The translations under genes were made by a program, and so were the position numbers. Positions 47,436 to 60,087 of a stretch of 64,000 nucleotides of DNA are shown piece by piece. This DNA comes from Bacilli bacterium (lineage in GTDB: Bacteria > Bacillota_I > Bacilli_A > RF39 > UBA660). The notes beneath the pieces are model-generated. The model worked only from the letters and a program-made list of their open reading frames with translations, made no database searches and was not told the origin of the DNA. The stretch spans positions 2,656-66,655 of the forward strand of contig JBJEEB010000041.1 in NCBI GenBank assembly GCA_051872655.1, given 5' to 3'. How positions within the stretch are numbered: the first letter of the stretch is position 1; every line of letters begins with the position of its first letter.

Positions 47436-48980
47436 TTATAAAATTTTATACTTATAATTAACAAATGTTAAATCTTCATTAGTAATGCCTTCTCCCTTGT
47501 TAGGTCCTTTAAATAAATAAAATCCAAAATCTATAAGAAAAATAATTACTAGAAAAATCCCAAATAATTTAATAAATTTAATATTACATTTATGAAATAA
47601 ATTTAAAAGAAATGGAATCAAAATATAAATAGCCACAGTACATCCGAATCCAAAAAACAAAAGTCCCTCTAGACATACTCTCCCATTAATATTGAAAAAA
47701 TATCCTGTGTAGTCCCACCATCTTGAATCAAAGATAAGTTCCATAAACAATGAACTAAAATATTCTATAAGCCCACAAACAAGAACTGACATAAAAAATA
47801 CTTTAACAGGCTTATCACGATACTTATATAGTAATAGAAAAGAAATAATTCCACCGCAACCATATATTGGAAGCCATGGTCCATATAAAGAACCCCTATT
47901 AACAAACACACCATCAGAAAATAAATGAAGTAATACTTCCCATAAATATCCTATGAAAGAAAAAGCAAAAAATAGTAAAATAAGATCCCAAAAATTATAT
48001 TTAACATTATCAATACCAATTCTCTTACCATTTACTTTACATTCCATAGGATATTCAGCATCACAAATATCAACATTTAATTCAGATAAACATAAATTTA
48101 AATATCCTTCATCTTTATTTTTTATATAATTATTTCTAATATTCATATAAAACTCAGTATATGAGCATTCCCTATAAGGAATAGTAACTAATAAATTAAA
48201 AATATTAAAACTTAAAATACCAAATATATAATATAATCCGAAATAAACATCAAGTAAAAACATCTTTTTCTTATATCCATATGTCATTTTTTTAGATAAT
48301 TTTACTGCATCCTTAAATTTTATATCAGGATTTTCTGCTAAAATATAAGGAATAAAATAATAAGAATAATGCTTAATAATACCACCAATTATAGTAAAAG
48401 ACCATAAAAATGTATATAATTCCTTCTTAAACATAACAAAAGCAACATTTTTATATTTCTTATCCTCATAAGCAAATAATATTTTTCTTAATTTAGTCTT
48501 TTTATATCTTCTATTTTCCAAAAAAAATCGTGATTTACCTACTTTAATAACATTACTAATAAATAACCAACAACAAATTTTTATCAAAACACCAATAAAA
48601 ATAATAATACTAGAAGTAACCCTATCTTTAAATACCATTTCATTAACAGCATTTAATATTCCAAAAACAATAGAATTAGATTTACTAATATTATTAATAA
48701 ATGTTGCAATAACTCCTTCGGTAGCAGTTCCCAAATAATTATCAGCCTTATCTTTAACCTTAATTAAAGAATCAGTAAAATCACTAATTATTTCAGAATT
48801 ATTTTTTATATGTAAAATACCACCATTGCTAATAATATTATTATTATAAACATTACTAAAATTAACAAAATAAACAGTAGAACTACCAGTCATAATCGCA
48901 GTAATAAAACAAACTGCTACTACTTTCCAAAAATTACTTTTAAATACTTTTTTGCCTTCTTTTTTTACTTCTTTTATCAT
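47436..48980 (-). CDS. Polytopic membrane protein, DUF975-like N-terminal half plus a CmpB-like (ABC-transporter type IV) C-terminal half
   Basis: Hydropathy plus the C-terminal motif GPWLPIYGCGG. Family names are from memory only. Confidence 0.45.
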   Translation of the reverse strand: MIKEVKKEGKKVFKSNFWKVVAVCFITAIMTGSSTVYFVNFSNVYNNNIISNGGILHIKNNSEIISDFTDSLIKVKDKADNYLGTATEGVIATFINNISKSNSIVFGILNAVNEMVFKDRVTSSIIIFIGVLIKICCWLFISNVIKVGKSRFFLENRRYKKTKLRKILFAYEDKKYKNVAFVMFKKELYTFLWSFTIIGGIIKHYSYYFIPYILAENPDIKFKDAVKLSKKMTYGYKKKMFLLDVYFGLYYIFGILSFNIFNLLVTIPYRECSYTEFYMNIRNNYIKNKDEGYLNLCLSELNVDICDAEYPMECKVNGKRIGIDNVKYNFWDLILLFFAFSFIGYLWEVLLHLFSDGVFVNRGSLYGPWLPIYGCGGIISFLLLYKYRDKPVKVFFMSVLVCGLIEYFSSLFMELIFDSRWWDYTGYFFNINGRVCLEGLLFFGFGCTVAIYILIPFLLNLFHKCNIKFIKLFGIFLVIIFLIDFGFYLFKGPNKGEGITNEDLTFVNYKYKIL

Positions 48981-49039
48981 AATTACAAAATACTCCTAAC
49001 AATATTTTAACATATTTAATGAAAGAAAAAAAGAACTAT

Positions 49040-49474
49040 TTAAAGTTCTAATAAATTTAGCATTGAAGCAAAAATAATCCACAATATATAAGGAATAAGC
49101 AAATAAGAAGATAACTTATTTTCTCTATAAAATTCATATATCATATATCCCACAATTAAAATTAAAGTAAGGATCCAGAAAAAAGCAAATGCTTTTAATC
49201 TAAACAAAAAGAATATAATTGGCCATAATAAATTAACAGCTAAACTAATTTTATAAATATTTAATAATTTTTTATTATCACTAATAAAATAACTAGAAAT
49301 ACCCATAAGTATATATAATATACTCCACACTATTGGAAATATCCATCGAGGTATAGGTCCATTATAACTTAAACTTACTTTCATTGTAATAAGACCTACA
49401 ATTACTCCTAATACTAAAGGAATGGAAATATATAAAGCCAACTTTTTATAATCAATTTTTTTCATATCTATCAC
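49040..49474 (-). CDS. tspO: TspO/MBR-family tryptophan-rich sensory protein
   Basis: Five-TM 144-aa protein with PIPRWIFPIVWSILYILMGIS and LWPIIFFLFRLK motifs. Confidence 0.7.
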   Translation of the reverse strand: MIDMKKIDYKKLALYISIPLVLGVIVGLITMKVSLSYNGPIPRWIFPIVWSILYILMGISSYFISDNKKLLNIYKISLAVNLLWPIIFFLFRLKAFAFFWILTLILIVGYMIYEFYRENKLSSYLLIPYILWIIFASMLNLLEL

Positions 49475-49546
49475 ATTATACTAATATGATAAAATTTAAC
49501 AAATATTCAATTTATAAAATACAAAATAACATATATTAAATAAAGT

Positions 49547-50155
49547 TTACAGTACCTTCTTCTCAAAAAAATCACTAGATACTCCGCAAACAGGACACAC
49601 AAAATCCTTTGGAAGCTCTTCCCCATAGTAGACATATCCACAAATAGTACAAACATAAGCCGTCTTACCACTTTCAGTTTTAACTTTTATAATATCATCT
49701 TTATGTTCCTGATAATAATTATATGTCATAGGCTTCTCATCATTAAATTTATCTGCACCAATTAGTTTACCAATAAATATTGTATGAGTATCAGCATCTA
49801 TCATATCGACAACTTCACAAATCATATATCCAATTGAATCTTTAATAACTTCAATTTCATCAACTAAAATAGTATCAACATTCTCAAATTTATTAATATT
49901 TCTAGAAGAATTAAATCCAAAAGTTTTAATAAGATTGCCACTAGTATTCATTCCAAGAACAGAAATACCAAATTTTTTATTCCTAGTTATCATTTCATTT
50001 GTATAATTATTCTTATTAACAGCAACTGAAATAAGAGTAGGATCTCCAGAAGAAACTTGCATTACAGTATCAACCATACATCCAGCTCCCATAGTAGAAA
50101 GAACATACATACCAGCACTAATATTACGTGTTATTTTTTTATTTTTAATCATCAA
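49547..50155 (-). CDS. Flavin reductase-like domain fused to a C-terminal rubredoxin (high-molecular-weight rubredoxin, Hrb-type)
   Basis: N-terminal flavin-reductase fold ([19 protein letters not shown]...). C-terminal CxxC...CxxC rubredoxin knuckles ([25 protein letters not shown]). Confidence 0.7.
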   Translation of the reverse strand: MMIKNKKITRNISAGMYVLSTMGAGCMVDTVMQVSSGDPTLISVAVNKNNYTNEMITRNKKFGISVLGMNTSGNLIKTFGFNSSRNINKFENVDTILVDEIEVIKDSIGYMICEVVDMIDADTHTIFIGKLIGADKFNDEKPMTYNYYQEHKDDIIKVKTESGKTAYVCTICGYVYYGEELPKDFVCPVCGVSSDFFEKKVL

Positions 50156-50222
50156 TTATCACTCCTTTTCTCTAAAAAGAAAATTTAAAATAAAAGACCT
50201 AAACATAAGTCTTCTATTTTAA

Positions 50223-50969
50223 TTACATCATAAGTCCGCCATCAACTTTAATAATAGTTCCCGTTGTAAAAGCTGCTCTATCGCTAGCTAAATATAAATA
50301 AGCCCCAGCTAAATCTTCAGGACTAGCCATTTTTTTAAGTGGAGTCATTCCAATTAACATCTTTTTCATATCATCATTTACAGAATCGCGCATCATATCA
50401 GTACCTACGACACCAGGGGCTACAGCATTAACTCTTATATTATAACCGCCAAGTTCTTTGGCTAGTGAAATAGTAAGACCATTAATTGCAGACTTAGAAG
50501 AAGCATACGCAGCCTGTCCTCTTCCGCCATTGATACCAACCATACTAGAAGTATTAATAATAGATCCGCCGCCATTTTCCTTCATATATTTAACAACTTC
50601 TCTCGTTAAATCAACAACACCAAAGAAATTTATTTTAAACATTTCCATAAATTCTTCACTAGTTGAATGAGTAAAAGGAACATTTGAAGTTATTCCAGCA
50701 TTATTAACTAAAATGTCTATTTTTCCCCATTTATCAATAACCTTATTAATAACATTATTAAAAGTATCAGGTTTACTAACATTAAGTTCTAAAGGCATAA
50801 CATTATCAGCATACCATTCATTAGAAAAGGTATCACAAGCCTTCAAAGCACTATCAAGTTTAGATCCACAAATTACAACTTTAGCTTTTTCTTCTAAAAA
50901 TAATTTAGCAATTGCATAACCAATACCTCTTGAGGAACCAGTAATTAATGCAACTTTACCCTCTAACAT
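50223..50969 (-). CDS. Short-chain dehydrogenase/reductase (FabG-like 3-oxoacyl-ACP reductase family)
   Basis: TGSSRGIGYAIA Rossmann motif, NNAG, catalytic S...YxxxK (YASSKSA). Confidence 0.75.
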   Translation of the reverse strand: MLEGKVALITGSSRGIGYAIAKLFLEEKAKVVICGSKLDSALKACDTFSNEWYADNVMPLELNVSKPDTFNNVINKVIDKWGKIDILVNNAGITSNVPFTHSTSEEFMEMFKINFFGVVDLTREVVKYMKENGGGSIINTSSMVGINGGRGQAAYASSKSAINGLTISLAKELGGYNIRVNAVAPGVVGTDMMRDSVNDDMKKMLIGMTPLKKMASPEDLAGAYLYLASDRAAFTTGTIIKVDGGLMM

Positions 50970-50979
50970 AATTTATCTC

Positions 50980-51519
50980 CTAATAATTTTCTTTCTTTAT
51001 TTCAAAATAAGATTGTGGATGATTACATACAGGACATACTTTAGGAGCTTCTTTTCCTATAACAATATGTCCACAATTTCTACATTGCCATATTCTATCT
51101 CCATCGCGAGAGAATACTAAACCATCCTCAACATTAGCAAGAAGTTTTCTATATCTCTCTTCATGTTCCTTTTCAATTTTAGCAACTTCTTCAAATAAAT
51201 ATGCAAGTCTAGTAAATCCTTCTTCTCTTGCTGTTTCAGCAAAACCTTTATACATATCTGTCCATTCATAGTTTTCACCTTCAGCAGCATCTAATAAATT
51301 TTCACTAGTACTAGGAACTTCACCACCATGTAATTCTTTAAACCACATCTTAGCGTGCTCTTTTTCATTATTAGCAGTCTCCTCAAATATTGCAGCTATT
51401 TGCTCATAACCATCTTTCTTAGCTTTTGATGCATAATAAGTATACTTATTTCTAGCTTGAGATTCACCAGCAAAAGCGGTCATCAAATTTTGTTCTGTTT
51501 TACTTCCTTTTAATTCCAT
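50980..51519 (-). CDS. rbr: Rubrerythrin
   Basis: Ferritin-like di-iron domain (ExxH pairs: [15 protein letters not shown]) plus a C-terminal rubredoxin domain ([10 protein letters not shown]...VCPVCNHP). I place the start at [12 protein letters not shown] (ATG 51517-51519), which avoids the overlap with perR. Confidence 0.85.
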   Translation of the reverse strand: MELKGSKTEQNLMTAFAGESQARNKYTYYASKAKKDGYEQIAAIFEETANNEKEHAKMWFKELHGGEVPSTSENLLDAAEGENYEWTDMYKGFAETAREEGFTRLAYLFEEVAKIEKEHEERYRKLLANVEDGLVFSRDGDRIWQCRNCGHIVIGKEAPKVCPVCNHPQSYFEIKKENY

Positions 51520-51521
51520 AA

Positions 51522-51884
51522 TCAATTCTTCCTTTCCAAACATTCTTTACAAATGCCTCTATATTTTATTTCATAATCAACTACTAAATTACCATCAATA
51601 TATTTATCATTATTCTTTTTTCTATGTATATCAATAACATTATTACATTCTTTACATATAAAATGATCATGTTCATCTTTCCTATCATATCTTACAATTC
51701 CATCCACTATAAAGTATTTAATCTTATTATTTTCACATAGCCAAGATAAATTACGATAAACAGTTCCTAAACTAATATTAGAGATGACTTCTCGAGCCAT
51801 ATCATATACCTGATAAGCATTTAAATGATCATAACTACTATTAACTATATCAAATATACAATCTCTTTGCCTAGTATTTCGCAT
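51522..51884 (-). CDS. perR: Fur-family peroxide-responsive repressor (PerR-like)
   Basis: Winged-helix N-domain ([12 protein letters not shown]...LNAYQVY), regulatory His cluster HDHF, structural zinc CxxC...CxxC (CKECNNV ... CKEC). It is immediately upstream of rbr. Confidence 0.7.
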   Translation of the reverse strand: MRNTRQRDCIFDIVNSSYDHLNAYQVYDMAREVISNISLGTVYRNLSWLCENNKIKYFIVDGIVRYDRKDEHDHFICKECNNVIDIHRKKNNDKYIDGNLVVDYEIKYRGICKECLERKN

Positions 51885-51899
51885 AATTACAGCTCCCTA

Positions 51900-51916
51900 T
51901 TAGTAATGATTACTAA
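51900..51916. promoter_or_regulatory. Candidate Fur/PerR-type operator: perfect 8-1-8 palindrome TTAGTAATgATTACTAA upstream of perR
   Basis: Read directly. Centred at 51908, 16-32 nt upstream of the perR ATG and adjacent to its AGGGAG Shine-Dalgarno sequence. It resembles the 7-1-7 PerR box TTATAATnATTATAA. Confidence 0.5.
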
Positions 51917-52022
51917 ATATAGTATAAATTATCTCTAAATAAAAGTCAATAATTTTATAGCAAAAATATTTTAAATAAATAAAAAGACTATCAACAAATA
52001 TATTGTCAATAGTCAAAATTAT

Positions 52023-53114
52023 TTATAATTTGTTTGCCTCTCTAATAATTTTATTATTTTTTATCAATCTTTCATCATCGGGAGACATTTCTAAAGCTTG
52101 TTTTGAATAGAATAAGGATTCTTCTAATTTACCTTGATAAAATGTACTAATAGATAACAAATCATAAATTGTATAATCCCAACTAAAAGGTTCATTTATA
52201 TAGGTTTTTTCATGTTTTTCTATTTTTAAAGCTTCCTTAGCATATTTTTCTACTGCTTCATAATTGCCTAATTTATATTCCAATAAAGCTCTTTCTACAT
52301 AAGGATCTCTTAAATATGGTGTTTCATTTATAGCTTTATCAAGCCACATTCTTGCCTCATCATATCTTTTTAAATTTACATATGATCTAGCTATAAAACG
52401 CATTGAAGCACTTCGTTCATCTTTCCAAGTAGCTGATGGTAAATTTAAATGCCTAATTAAAGTATCAATACATTCATTCCATTTTCCATAATACATATAT
52501 TCTCTACCCAAATAATGCATATTTCTATCATCATCAGGAGATTCCTTTACTGATAATTCAAGCAGTGGTAAATAATTACTTCGTGATTTTTTACTATCTG
52601 GATAATGATTTACTGTTATACTATCAGTAGTAATAAATTTTTCTATTCCATTTCCAGTATATTTTAATACCTCATGAACAGGATGTGTCCATTTATAATT
52701 ATTTCTAGTATGAATTTTTTCAATATAAAAATTTACAATAGGATTATTTTTATCATCTAAACTCCAATTATAATTATATCTAAGCCTATCAGTATCTTTC
52801 TTCCAAACCATTTCTAATTTTTTACGCCATCCTTCTTCTAAAACTTCATCCAAATCTATACAAACACAAATATCTACATCTTTTGGAACCATATCTAGAG
52901 ATAAATTACGTGCCACATCAAATCGCCATGGTTTTATTTCTTTTTGAGATACAACTATTCCTCTCTTTTTTAATTCCTCTACAGTATTATCTGTTGATCC
53001 TGTATCTAAAACATATACTTCATCAGCTTCTTTAACAGAATTTACCCAGCGTTCTACAAACTTTTCTTCATTTTTACAAATTGCATAGACACACACTTTA
53101 TATTTATTCACCAA
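52023..53114 (-). CDS. Glycosyltransferase (GT-A, family 2-like) with C-terminal TPR repeats; SgtA-like exosporium glycoprotein glycosyltransferase
   Basis: N-terminal GT-A nucleotide-binding fold (KVCVYAICKNEEKFVERWVNS...VLDTGSTDNT). C-terminal TPR helices (YEAVEKYAKEALKI...). It starts 1 nt after the collagen-like gene's stop. Confidence 0.65.
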   Translation of the reverse strand: MVNKYKVCVYAICKNEEKFVERWVNSVKEADEVYVLDTGSTDNTVEELKKRGIVVSQKEIKPWRFDVARNLSLDMVPKDVDICVCIDLDEVLEEGWRKKLEMVWKKDTDRLRYNYNWSLDDKNNPIVNFYIEKIHTRNNYKWTHPVHEVLKYTGNGIEKFITTDSITVNHYPDSKKSRSNYLPLLELSVKESPDDDRNMHYLGREYMYYGKWNECIDTLIRHLNLPSATWKDERSASMRFIARSYVNLKRYDEARMWLDKAINETPYLRDPYVERALLEYKLGNYEAVEKYAKEALKIEKHEKTYINEPFSWDYTIYDLLSISTFYQGKLEESLFYSKQALEMSPDDERLIKNNKIIREANKL

Positions 53115-56587
<3,473 letters not shown>

Positions 56588-56647
56588 AAAAATAACATCT
56601 CCTTATTTTTAATCATAAATCCAAGCTCAAAAAAATTATAACGCGCT

Positions 56648-56818
56648 TTATCCAAAATTACAGCCCCCAAGCATACGTTTTTCATTTCTTTTTATATAAT
56701 TAAAATATTTCTTATTAAAAATAGTTTTTAACTCTTGTTCCGTAGGATTAGTCGTCCTAGTAATAAATTCTTCACTATAATTAAAATTAGTTTTTTTCTT
56801 TTCCTTTTTATTCTTCAT
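56648..56818 (-). CDS. Small basic ORF (56 aa) with a strong Shine-Dalgarno sequence upstream of the recombinase gene
   Basis: Own translation MKNKKEKKKTNFNYSEEFITRTTNPTEQELKTIFNKKYFNYIKRNEKRMLGGCNFG. AAGGGGG lies 5 nt before the ATG. It is below the ORF-track length cutoff. Confidence 0.3.
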   Translation of the reverse strand: MKNKKEKKKTNFNYSEEFITRTTNPTEQELKTIFNKKYFNYIKRNEKRMLGGCNFG

Positions 56819-56837
56819 TTTTACCCCCTTAAAGTAA

Positions 56838-56903
56838 AAAAGAACTATGATAGTCCTAATCTAATTTATGAGACAAAATATGATTTGATACAATACCATA
56901 GTT
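56838..56903. other. 11-bp inverted repeat aaagaactatg ... catagttcttt flanking a 44-nt spacer
   Basis: Read directly. It lies between cargo gene 56924..57799 and the small ORF/recombinase. Candidate terminator or recombination/transfer site. Confidence 0.4.
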
Positions 56904-56923
56904 CTTTTAACTTTTATTTTTAT

Positions 56924-57799
56924 TCAAATTGTTAAAGTATAATCGTCATATAAAGATACATTTTCATAAGGATAATATTTTTCTTCCATATCAAAAAATC
57001 TGTTGAAATTATCAACAAATCTACGTCCTTTTGAAGATATCAATTTTAATGTTTTATCAACACTTTTAATATCAGTTTTCTTATACCAATCTATTAGACT
57101 ATATTTATCATCAAACTCATCATCAATTCCGATTCCTTTACTTATAACGTGCTTTAATAAGTCTTTTTCAAAGTTATTATTAGATAGTTCATTAACATAA
57201 ACATCTAATAGTGAAAATATTTTTATTTGATTATTTAATCCATTTTTTATATAAATAGTTTTATCATCTTTATCATAAGAAAATTTAGTATCTAAATTAT
57301 CACAATATTTAACCTTATAACCGTCTGCATACATAGCTTTAACAAACGAATTATAAATATCATTATAATTATTTTGAAAAAGCGCCGGATATTCAAAATG
57401 TTTATAATCTTTTAAAGTCATAGAAGTATCTTTACAATCAAATAATTCAATAATATTTAATCCTTTAAATTCTTTATGATGTAGAGTAATACTTTTATCG
57501 TTAGGATCATTATATTTTTGTAGTTCATCATTAGTTAGATTATCCAACAATTCCACACGTTCATCATTTCCATTTTTAATATTTACATATACATCATTGT
57601 TAGGTGAAAGTATATTAATACCTTTAGCGTCATTTGAAATAGTAAATCCATTTTTTATATACTTTTGTTTAGTAGCCAAATCTAAAAAGTTTGGATATTG
57701 ATAATCAACTAATAATGTATTAAAAAAAGAATAATTACTATAAAAAGTAATATTATCAATTAATCTTTTAAAATCCATATTACTTTTGTAATTATCCAA
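56924..57799 (-). CDS. Hypothetical protein (291 aa), element cargo
   Basis: ORF with a TTG start at 57797-57799 (the alternative ATG is 21 nt downstream). No recognisable domain. Confidence 0.4.
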   Translation of the reverse strand: MDNYKSNMDFKRLIDNITFYSNYSFFNTLLVDYQYPNFLDLATKQKYIKNGFTISNDAKGINILSPNNDVYVNIKNGNDERVELLDNLTNDELQKYNDPNDKSITLHHKEFKGLNIIELFDCKDTSMTLKDYKHFEYPALFQNNYNDIYNSFVKAMYADGYKVKYCDNLDTKFSYDKDDKTIYIKNGLNNQIKIFSLLDVYVNELSNNNFEKDLLKHVISKGIGIDDEFDDKYSLIDWYKKTDIKSVDKTLKLISSKGRRFVDNFNRFFDMEEKYYPYENVSLYDDYTLTI

Positions 57800-57912
57800 A
57801 ATTTCTTTCTCTATATTTAACGTAGTAGTTTTAATTTTATCAAATTCATTATTAGCAGTATAATTACTAATTTCTTTTAATTTATTTATTATATCTATAA
57901 TTTCCCCCCCTT

Positions 57913-57943
57913 AAAAAGCATAAAAAAAAGACTAACTTATGCT
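57913..57943 (-). terminator. Rho-independent terminator after gene 57932..58435
   Basis: agcataa / ttatgct 7-bp stem with a 13-nt loop, spanning the stop codon. It is followed on the minus-strand transcript by UUUU. Confidence 0.4.
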
Positions 57944-58435
57944 AGTCAATTCTTCATATTTCTTTTTTAGATTACTAATATTATTATTTATATCAACAAT
58001 AATATTTTCAAATATATAATTTAAAGTATTGTTAATAATATCATTTTTTAGTTTTTCATTATAAGACAATGCTTGTTCTTTATCAGTAGTTTTATTACCA
58101 TATAAATTTTGTAATACATCATTATTTATTAAATTCTTAATAGACATATAAGTAATGAATTTATTATCGTTTTTAAAAGTATAAATATAGAAAAAATAAT
58201 CATCTTTAGTTATTTCTTCAGTTTTAATCATCTCGCCACTCATAGCAGTTTTTTCTTCATTAAATATGTAATCTAATTCGCCATTTATTACTTTGCGTTC
58301 AAATTCTTTCATTTCATCAACAGAATCAAATTTAGGCCCGTCATCTTTGTTCCATTCTAACAAATTGACTTCATCATTAATCCGGTTTAATTCTAATAAC
58401 TTACTTTTTATATCAGCATAAATGTTGTTTCCCAT
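57932..58435 (-). CDS. Hypothetical protein (167 aa), element cargo
   Basis: ORF only; acidic, helical. Confidence 0.4.
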   Translation of the reverse strand: MGNNIYADIKSKLLELNRINDEVNLLEWNKDDGPKFDSVDEMKEFERKVINGELDYIFNEEKTAMSGEMIKTEEITKDDYFFYIYTFKNDNKFITYMSIKNLINNDVLQNLYGNKTTDKEQALSYNEKLKNDIINNTLNYIFENIIVDINNNISNLKKKYEELTSIS

Positions 58436-58736
58436 AATTACAGCTCCTTGAAAACATAAATTGTCGTTTTTAAGTATAATTATCTTACTTTAAAACTATC
58501 TTAAAGTCAACGAATAATCGTAATTTTCTACTTATTATTATACACACTAATTATTAAAAAAGATATACAATTCATAAAAATAAAAATAGTCCTATACCAG
58601 CGACTATTTACAATCTTTACTGTATTGCAATAAGGCAGTGCAATGATCGGTAAAGTAAAATGGTTTAACAGCCAGTTCATCACTGACAATATAATTGTAT
58701 CACTTAACAATTAGTCTTGCAAGACTAAAAAACTAA

Positions 58737-58946
58737 TTACTTATTATTTTTTAACAAAGTCAATATATAAGTTTTTATTTTGTATAATAATATTTCTAAA
58801 GTTTTAACATCTATAATATCTTCACTAGATAAAGAATTTTTAACTACATCTAATATTTCATCAATTTCACAAGAAAAATAGTTATCTGTTTTTTCTAGAT
58901 TAGTTTTTACTTTATTTAAAAATATTTCATATTTCATTTTTTGCAC
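58737..58946 (-). CDS. Small hypothetical protein (69 aa)
   Basis: ORF immediately downstream of the methyltransferase gene. Confidence 0.35.
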   Translation of the reverse strand: MQKMKYEIFLNKVKTNLEKTDNYFSCEIDEILDVVKNSLSSEDIIDVKTLEILLYKIKTYILTLLKNNK

Positions 58947-58950
58947 TCCC

Positions 58951-60087
58951 TTAAAATAATTTTTTCAAAATATAATAAATAACATTAGTCGCTATACTAT
59001 TACCAGCTTGTTTAAATAATTGCCTATTAGAAATACCAACACTTTTTGCTTTATAAAAATCTTCATCACTAAACCCCATAAAACGCCAAGACTCTAAAGG
59101 ACTGATTTTTTTCACAAAAAAACAATTATCCTTATAGATAATCATTTTACTTGTATCTTCAGTAGAGTTAGCGGTTAATGTGGGACAATATCCATTCATA
59201 GACCAAAGTCGAGCAGTTTGATTATATTTAGATGATGTATCGCGACCACAATGATTTTTACCGTCTATAAATCTATATAGATTAATAATGTATTTTCTTC
59301 TTCTATCTTTTAAATTCTTACACACTAATTTACTATTTTTAGTGTAATTCTTATTTTCTACAAAGCTATGCAAATCAAAAGGAACTTTCTCTGATAAAAC
59401 TAAATTAGGATCAATTTCTTTTTCTAATAAATCTTTAAGTCGTAATTTTAGTTTAATTTTATCTGGAAAATAATATAAATAATTCCCTTTGATAGCTATT
59501 AAAAAATATCTTTCTCTATTTTGTGGAGTACCATAATCTAAAGCTGTTAATACGTGATCGTATAAAGAATATCCTAAATTTTCTAAATCTTCTTTAAATA
59601 AATTAAGTGTTTTTCTCATTTTAACATTAGTAATAGCAGCCACATTTTCAAATATAACAACTTTAGGTGGATCTTTTACTTCTTTTAAAAATTGTATCAT
59701 CTTCCAACCTAAAGATGATCTAGTATTACTATTAAAATCAAATCCACGACGAACACCAGCCATAGAAATATCTTGACAAGGAAATCCTCCGATCCAAATA
59801 TCGCAATAAGGTAAATCAGCACCATTAATTTTAGTTATATCCCCAAGATTTTTATTAGGGGATTGACCGTGAATAGCACAATAACTTTTAATAGCGTATT
59901 TATCTACTTCACAAAAAAACACAGATTCATAATTATTTATAACACCATTATCCTTTAATCTTTTAAATGCCATTTCTGGACTACCTATACCACTAAAGAA
60001 AGTACCGACCTTAACATTTTCTTTATCTAACTTTATAATAGGATAATTAAAATTAAAAAGATTGACAGTAGGATTATTAACTGTCAT
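58951..60087 (-). CDS. DNA (cytosine-5)-methyltransferase; orphan (no restriction endonuclease partner visible)
   Basis: Motif I GTFFSGIGSPEMAF, motif IV GGFPCQDISMAG (PCQ), motif VI ENV, motif X QAGNSIATNVI. Confidence 0.85.
   Translation of the reverse strand: MTVNNPTVNLFNFNYPIIKLDKENVKVGTFFSGIGSPEMAFKRLKDNGVINNYESVFFCEVDKYAIKSYCAIHGQSPNKNLGDITKINGADLPYCDIWIGGFPCQDISMAGVRRGFDFNSNTRSSLGWKMIQFLKEVKDPPKVVIFENVAAITNVKMRKTLNLFKEDLENLGYSLYDHVLTALDYGTPQNRERYFLIAIKGNYLYYFPDKIKLKLRLKDLLEKEIDPNLVLSEKVPFDLHSFVENKNYTKNSKLVCKNLKDRRRKYIINLYRFIDGKNHCGRDTSSKYNQTARLWSMNGYCPTLTANSTEDTSKMIIYKDNCFFVKKISPLESWRFMGFSDEDFYKAKSVGISNRQLFKQAGNSIATNVIYYILKKLF

Noticed and set aside
40874-50919. Nine short ORFs (40874.., 42423.., 42925.., 43067.., 45606.., 46778.., 50458.., 50713.. 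on the plus strand and 27458.. on the minus strand)
   Set aside because: All are antisense to or out of frame within well-supported genes (arc genes, ABC transporter genes, SDR, cdaA).
58528-58727. 60-aa ORF and a perfect hairpin tagtcttgcaagacta at 58703-58718
   Set aside because: The ORF has no Shine-Dalgarno sequence and odd composition. The hairpin is followed by an A-run on the plus strand and preceded by a U-run on the minus strand, so it does not function as an intrinsic terminator in either orientation. It is kept only as an unexplained inverted repeat.
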